Virus record (IMG/VR): IMGVR_UViG_3300046167_000453
Coordinates: 7,694-71,693 of that record
DNA: 64,000 nt
Reading direction: 5' to 3' (one strand)
From: a virus
The notes beneath the pieces were generated by a model. The model was given only the letters and a program-made list of their open reading frames with translations, was not told the DNA's origin and ran no database searches. Below are positions 59,378 through 64,000 of the stretch, in pieces. Numbering within the stretch: the stretch's first letter is position 1; each line of letters begins with the position of its first letter. Position numbers and translations under genes: made by a program.

Positions 59378-60039
59378 TATTTCCACCAACTTAAACCAAA
59401 CTCTTTCGATTCATAATATCCAGAAACTCGATAAATTAAATCAGGTGTTATATACTTTAAATCCTCATTAACAGAATCCTTTCGTGCTCTTACATTTCCT
59501 CCATTAGTCCAAAAAAGACTAATGGCATCCAATCCTTCATTTGAAATGACGAGGCCATTGCCATTAGATTCATTGTTACGAAGCAATTTTCTATGATTAT
59601 AAACAACTATCTCATATTTGCCAATCTTTTCCCTGTCTTCACTACCATAGTCGCCAGTTGTAGATTTTTTAAGCATATCAATTGCTTTACATGCTACATT
59701 CTCAGGAACAGGGTTATAGAGATAAGAAACATATTCAAATATAGACCCGCCAGTAAGAGGCGAAGCAAATTTTTTAGAAATTGGTTTGTAAGTAATTTGA
59801 AAATCTTTACTAGTATCATCTATATCGGCTGTGCTAATTATAAAGTGCGTTTTTAAGAAGTTATTATCATCATAGCGTTTTGTCAAAAGTAAATTATAAT
59901 TCTTTAATTTATTCGCCCACTCTTGTAGTTGTTTATTACACTCATTGTCTTGGACATTAACCTTTAATCTAGAAGTATCTAAAGTCTTGCCTTTGCCCCT
60001 TGCAGACAACTTGGCATTTTTTAGAATATCCCACCACAT
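59377..60039 (-). CDS. Tagged paralog family member 2
   Basis: MWWDILKNAK...LDTSRLKVNVQDNEC. Confidence 0.7.
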   Translation of the reverse strand: MWWDILKNAKLSARGKGKTLDTSRLKVNVQDNECNKQLQEWANKLKNYNLLLTKRYDDNNFLKTHFIISTADIDDTSKDFQITYKPISKKFASPLTGGSIFEYVSYLYNPVPENVACKAIDMLKKSTTGDYGSEDREKIGKYEIVVYNHRKLLRNNESNGNGLVISNEGLDAISLFWTNGGNVRARKDSVNEDLKYITPDLIYRVSGYYESKEFGLSWWK

Positions 60040-60044
60040 TATAA

Positions 60045-60713
60045 TCACCTTAAAATAGAATTTAATTTTTGCTGTGCGTCAGAAAATCGGATAGCATCCC
60101 ATATTTGTTTAACATGTTCGTCTTGGTTGTCATATGGGGTAAAGAAGCCACGACTCATAGAAATACCTATATTGACTTTTTTAGGATAAGCACCAGCCGC
60201 TACATAATTAAAAGGATAATCATAACCTAATTCTGGGCTACCTTTTTTGTTTGAAGTTTCTAATCTTGGGTCAATATCATATTCGTAAAGGTTGGTGCTC
60301 TTTGCTTTTTCTGAATTGAACATATCTATTAACTTACATGCGGCTTCTTCATCAATAGGTTCATATTTACGATATACATATATAGACAAATTGCCTCGAT
60401 TGATTCTAGTTGGTAGTCTGTATGTTGTAGTAGATATTGATGACGAAACTACCAAATCCAGTGGTGCTGTTCCTTCACGGCCATCAGTATGACTTTTAGC
60501 ATTCGTTGGAGGATTATTCTCGTTTATTTTTTTAATAGTTTCGCTTATTACTGTCTGTATTTTTTTAGCGTAAGCCTCACAAAAATCATGAGCCTCTTTT
60601 AATTTCCTATTACAGTTATCATCCTCGACATTGACTTTTAGTCGAGAAGTATCTAATGCTTTACTTTTAGGTTTAGAACCCAGTCTAGCATTTTTTAAAA
60701 TATCCAACCACAT
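60045..60713 (-). CDS. Tagged paralog family member 3
   Basis: MWLDILKNAR...LDTSRLKVNVEDDNC. Confidence 0.7.
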   Translation of the reverse strand: MWLDILKNARLGSKPKSKALDTSRLKVNVEDDNCNRKLKEAHDFCEAYAKKIQTVISETIKKINENNPPTNAKSHTDGREGTAPLDLVVSSSISTTTYRLPTRINRGNLSIYVYRKYEPIDEEAACKLIDMFNSEKAKSTNLYEYDIDPRLETSNKKGSPELGYDYPFNYVAAGAYPKKVNIGISMSRGFFTPYDNQDEHVKQIWDAIRFSDAQQKLNSILR

Positions 60714-60717
60714 TTAA

Positions 60718-61482
60718 TCACTTCCTTTTACCTTCAAACATTTTATCTTTGTTTTTGGGTTCAATCATCTTAATTGACTTAGGGACAGAAGCACCACGCA
60801 TATTACAGCGTCTAAGGATAACTTCTCCTTTAACATTACACTTAGTAAAATCAACACCTCTTAGGTCACAATCTTCAAATGTAACATTTCCAAGAGTAGC
60901 ATTCTTAAAATCTGCTCTACTAAAGTTACATAGTTTAATTACTCCGGCAGGGTCTTGCTTTCGATAAAAAGCGAAAAGAGCGTTCTTAAAACTACAACGC
61001 TTAAATGATATTTTCTTGAGTCGAATAGGTGTGGTTTTCTTTCCGGTCTTTCTTGTAAACTTACCTTTTCCGCTTGGTTTTGGTTCGGGCTTAGATAAGT
61101 CTAATTCATACTTACCTTTCTTCTTTTGTCCCGCTTGTGCAACACCTTCAAACTTAGAACGACCAGTGCGACCTGTCTTATTGCTTTCTTTTGCTTCTTT
61201 TCGACTGACTCTTTCTTCTACTAAGCGACCTCTTTCATCTCGCTTAGGTGGATATTTCATTTCAGTATATTTAACAGACTTTCTTTTATCTATCAGTTTA
61301 CCATTGAATTTTTCACCATCGAAGGATTTACCATCCATAATCAAATATTGACCGGCAGGTAATGTGCTACTGAACTTTTCTTTTCTATCAACGAATCCTT
61401 CAACATGGCCTTCATCAGTAACCTTTCTTTTCTTGGCCTCTATTTTATCCCACTTTCGCTTTAGAATACTTTGCCAACTCAT
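60718..61482 (-). CDS. Tagged basic protein with C-terminal pentapeptide repeats
   Basis: MSWQSILK; ISFKR CSFKN; CNFSR ADFKN ATLGN VTFED CDLRG VDFTK. Confidence 0.8.
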   Translation of the reverse strand: MSWQSILKRKWDKIEAKKRKVTDEGHVEGFVDRKEKFSSTLPAGQYLIMDGKSFDGEKFNGKLIDKRKSVKYTEMKYPPKRDERGRLVEERVSRKEAKESNKTGRTGRSKFEGVAQAGQKKKGKYELDLSKPEPKPSGKGKFTRKTGKKTTPIRLKKISFKRCSFKNALFAFYRKQDPAGVIKLCNFSRADFKNATLGNVTFEDCDLRGVDFTKCNVKGEVILRRCNMRGASVPKSIKMIEPKNKDKMFEGKRK

Positions 61483-61491
61483 ATAATCAAC

Positions 61492-62178
61492 TCACTCTTT
61501 AAGAATACCCTTCCAATCCATTTTGTTTGCCTGTTGAAAGGCTTCCGAAAACTTATCGTCAGTAATGTCAATATCTGGTTCTGTTTCCAGTGAAAGTTTC
61601 TTAGAATCATCTGTCATCTTACGAATAAGCGCACTTGTGATAATAGCAATATAATCAACAAACGCCCCACTTTTAATAACTGGCATAATTGCTTGAGTAA
61701 GTTCGTGCTTTTTCTGACTAGAAATTTCCGGCATTTTCTTATCAACTATTTCAGTTATTTCATTTCTAAACTCACTCATGACTTTTGCTGCGGAATCGTC
61801 AATTACTTTTTGTAGGGCTTGAATCAATTCTTCAGAATTAGAATCAGAACTATCTTTTTCGTCTTTTGGCCCAATGTCCGAAACAGTGTCTCTTTCGATA
61901 ACATTAATTCGGTCTTCCATTTCTGGGTCATTCATCATATCTAATCCAATAAGCATAGGTTCTAATAGAACAACTTCTGCTATTTTTCTTTTATTTGTAA
62001 CTGTAAGACCTTCTTCTCCCTCAAGTGACTTAAGAGCATCACCTAAAAGATTACCACCTAATTCTGTTAATTGAGGAGTAATTTGAATTCTTCCAAGAAC
62101 TTTACTATAAATGCCTCTAGAATCTTTGATAATATCTCTAAACGAGAAGTCTGCTTTTATTATATTTTTCCAAGTCAT
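61492..62178 (-). CDS. Helical protein tagged at both termini
   Basis: MTWKNIIK ... MDWKGILKE-stop. Confidence 0.7.
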   Translation of the reverse strand: MTWKNIIKADFSFRDIIKDSRGIYSKVLGRIQITPQLTELGGNLLGDALKSLEGEEGLTVTNKRKIAEVVLLEPMLIGLDMMNDPEMEDRINVIERDTVSDIGPKDEKDSSDSNSEELIQALQKVIDDSAAKVMSEFRNEITEIVDKKMPEISSQKKHELTQAIMPVIKSGAFVDYIAIITSALIRKMTDDSKKLSLETEPDIDITDDKFSEAFQQANKMDWKGILKE

Positions 62179-62188
62179 ATCATTCACC

Positions 62189-62680
62189 TTAGTATTTACC
62201 AAAATTAAAGCCCGTAGATTTTCGACTTCCAGTGAATTCTGATTTTTCAGGCTTTTTAAATTTATTTATTGAATCTTTGATGGCTTGCTTAATCCTATTT
62301 CTTAAACCATCTTTCCCATTAACTTTATCTTTTGGTTTTAAATCAAGTTCATTACCTTTGACAAATCCAATTTGACCCATAGTTTTATCTCTATTAGTAT
62401 ATCGAACTCGCAAGTCATATCGAACCTTTTCTTCACCAAGATTTCTTGCAATAATTTTAATGCCGCAACCTACTTCGGAATCAATGGGTGGATTTGTTAG
62501 CCTACCACTAATTTTTGCTACTTCAAATCTAGCCTTTCTTTTAGAATCAACTAATCCTTCATAGCCTAATGCTGCTTCTTTTAACTTAGATTTCAATTCA
62601 GTAATATATTCTTCAATATCTACTTCTAATTGTTCTCCAGTATTCATATCTTCAACTTTTAAAATATCTTTCCAATTCAT
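62189..62680 (-). CDS. Tagged hypothetical protein (MNWKDILK)
   Basis: N-terminal tag; GGAAGTGA SD. Confidence 0.65.
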   Translation of the reverse strand: MNWKDILKVEDMNTGEQLEVDIEEYITELKSKLKEAALGYEGLVDSKRKARFEVAKISGRLTNPPIDSEVGCGIKIIARNLGEEKVRYDLRVRYTNRDKTMGQIGFVKGNELDLKPKDKVNGKDGLRNRIKQAIKDSINKFKKPEKSEFTGSRKSTGFNFGKY

Positions 62681-62693
62681 GTTATTCACTTCC

Positions 62694-63005
62694 TTAGAAT
62701 TCTCCGCCGGAATCATCATAGGGCTGGTATGTTTTCCTTTTAGGGAAAGTTTCATCCCATGATTCTTCTACTATTTTTAAAAGAAGTTGCTTTGCTTCTG
62801 TTAATGACTGTTCTCTATCAGTAGTTCTATTATATGTATATCCTTCTGGGTGCTTATAACCCTCACTATCATAATCTACAATTAAATTATCTTTTAAGAA
62901 CTTCTTCATTTTTTTCTTAAAAGAAGCATCTTTCATTCTTTTGATTAATGCCTTTACTTTATCTTTTATTCCTTTTTCAAGTTTAAGTTGTTCTTCCCAA
63001 GTCAT
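62694..63005 (-). CDS. Tagged hypothetical protein (MTWEEQLK)
   Basis: Variant tag. Confidence 0.6.
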   Translation of the reverse strand: MTWEEQLKLEKGIKDKVKALIKRMKDASFKKKMKKFLKDNLIVDYDSEGYKHPEGYTYNRTTDREQSLTEAKQLLLKIVEESWDETFPKRKTYQPYDDSGGEF

Positions 63006-63018
63006 GTTATTATCCCCT

Positions 63019-63270
63019 TTATTCTATTATATCTAGGCTAGTTGCTTCCATCTTAGAAGCCTTTACTAAAATGCTCGATATATGCTCATCCAGTTGTTCT
63101 ATAATTTGAGCCATTGTTTCTCTATCCTCAAACATGCTTTTTTTATATTTAAATATTAGTTTATCTGTTATCACATCTAATTTTCTCATATTATCTTTTA
63201 TTCTTTTAATCTCATCATACTTATCTGTAAAATGTTTTTCATCTTCTTTTATTATATCTTCCCAATTCAT
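63019..63270 (-). CDS. Tagged coiled-coil protein (MNWEDIIK)
   Basis: N-terminal tag. Confidence 0.65.
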   Translation of the reverse strand: MNWEDIIKEDEKHFTDKYDEIKRIKDNMRKLDVITDKLIFKYKKSMFEDRETMAQIIEQLDEHISSILVKASKMEATSLDIIE

Positions 63271-63480
63271 GTTATTATCCCCTATTAAATACAATAATCA
63301 TTAAATCCATAATAAATTGTCGAAGTTTCTCATTTTCCTTAGCAGTAAATGTCTTTCCTACAAGACTATCCCTATATTCGCCAATTGCCTTTAATTTTCT
63401 TCTAATAGATGCTGAATCAAATCTCGGCTCTTCTTTTTTAATACTGTCTTTCCAATTCATGTGATTATCTCCTATTAAAT
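63257..63480. repeat. Direct repeat of gene-junction sequence (63257-63290 vs 63447-63480, 31/34 identical)
   Basis: tcttYccaattcatgtKattatcYcctattaaat. Confidence 0.75.
63275..63460 (-). CDS. Tagged small protein (MNWKDSIK)
   Basis: Variant tag; AGGAG SD. Confidence 0.6.
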   Translation of the reverse strand: MNWKDSIKKEEPRFDSASIRRKLKAIGEYRDSLVGKTFTAKENEKLRQFIMDLMIIVFNRG

Positions 63481-63595
63481 TTAATGAATATTGCTTTTTG
63501 AAAAAATGTGGCGGAATTTTTGTGGCACTAGCAAAATTTTTTAATTGATTTATTATGTATTCCCAGTTTAAAAATAGTTATTTTAATAATAATAT

Positions 63596-63817
63596 TTAGA
63601 ATAGTTTTGTTTGTTTAGTTTTATTAGGATGCATTAGTGTTATAATATCTTCTTTTAATAGTTTTAGTTTTAATGCTATTTGTTGTAATTGCTTCTTATT
63701 AACGCTATTAGTCTGTATATTACGCTTTGATGTAGATTGCCTTATATCTATTAGTATAGGAGTAATGAGTTCAATGATGCGGTTTAATTCGTTTAATACT
63801 TCATTATCGTTAGTCAT
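63596..63817 (-). CDS. Hypothetical protein with a PIP-box-like C-terminus (QTKLF)
   Basis: GGGGAGG SD; ORF track. Confidence 0.5.
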   Translation of the reverse strand: MTNDNEVLNELNRIIELITPILIDIRQSTSKRNIQTNSVNKKQLQQIALKLKLLKEDIITLMHPNKTKQTKLF

Positions 63818-64000
63818 ATGCCTCCCCTGCTAATGCCTACATGTATTGGGTATTAAGCGTATCGTTTTTAGGGGTAATATCTTGACCTATGCGGCGTTTA
63901 TATTAATAATAATATCTTTAATTAAGTTATATTCATTAAAATAGCCTTATAATATGTTATTTTAATAATAAATCAATAAATAAAAAATTTAGACAAAGCC

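Noticed and set aside
58820-60713. Diversity-generating retroelement behind the variable paralogs
   Set aside because: No reverse transcriptase and no TR/VR pair differing only at adenines seen in the window
9498-62074. Numerous + strand ORFs opposite structural genes (e.g. 10034-10900, 35352-35831, 43042-43419)
   Set aside because: Antisense shadows of codon-biased - strand genes; Ser/Leu/Phe-rich, no SD or motifs
55632-63480. Junction repeats as a CRISPR array or integron attC sites
   Set aside because: Repeats are degenerate, non-palindromic, overlap SD/start codons and are separated by whole genes; no integrase in the window
1-64000. Alternative genetic code
   Set aside because: Long ORFs read cleanly in the standard code and all three stops end genes; breaks are frame changes, not in-frame stops

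Overview
This 64 kb window is a large part of an AT-rich head-tailed archaeal virus genome. It is most consistent with a magrovirus (virus of Marine Group II / Poseidoniales): archaeal GGTGA/GAGGTGA Shine-Dalgarno sites, archaeal-type replication genes and an HK97-fold morphogenesis module. The + strand (1-8.6 kb) carries a family B DNA polymerase split in two by eight small ORFs, a Cas4-like nuclease, a PriS-PriL fusion primase, an ERCC4 nuclease, an MCM-like helicase, a DEDD exonuclease and tRNA-Arg(UCU). The - strand (8.6-64 kb) carries tail, head and packaging genes (tail fibre, giant tail-tip protein, tape measure, chaperone pair with a -1 slippery site, tail tube, MCP, protease-scaffold, ATP-dependent ligase, portal, LAGLIDADG protein, TerL). 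Two things stand out. First, about 20 otherwise unrelated ORFs, mostly at 47.6-63.5 kb, start with a shared M-x-W-x-x-I-L-K peptide that resembles the C-terminal MDWSDIHKMV of the protease-scaffold; I infer a capsid cargo-addressing system organised as a cassette array. Second, a five-gene membrane operon built around an Arf/Sar-like small GTPase sits inside the head module. Several genes are broken by single-base indels that look like sequencing errors. All calls come from motif reading and gene order; no database search was run.
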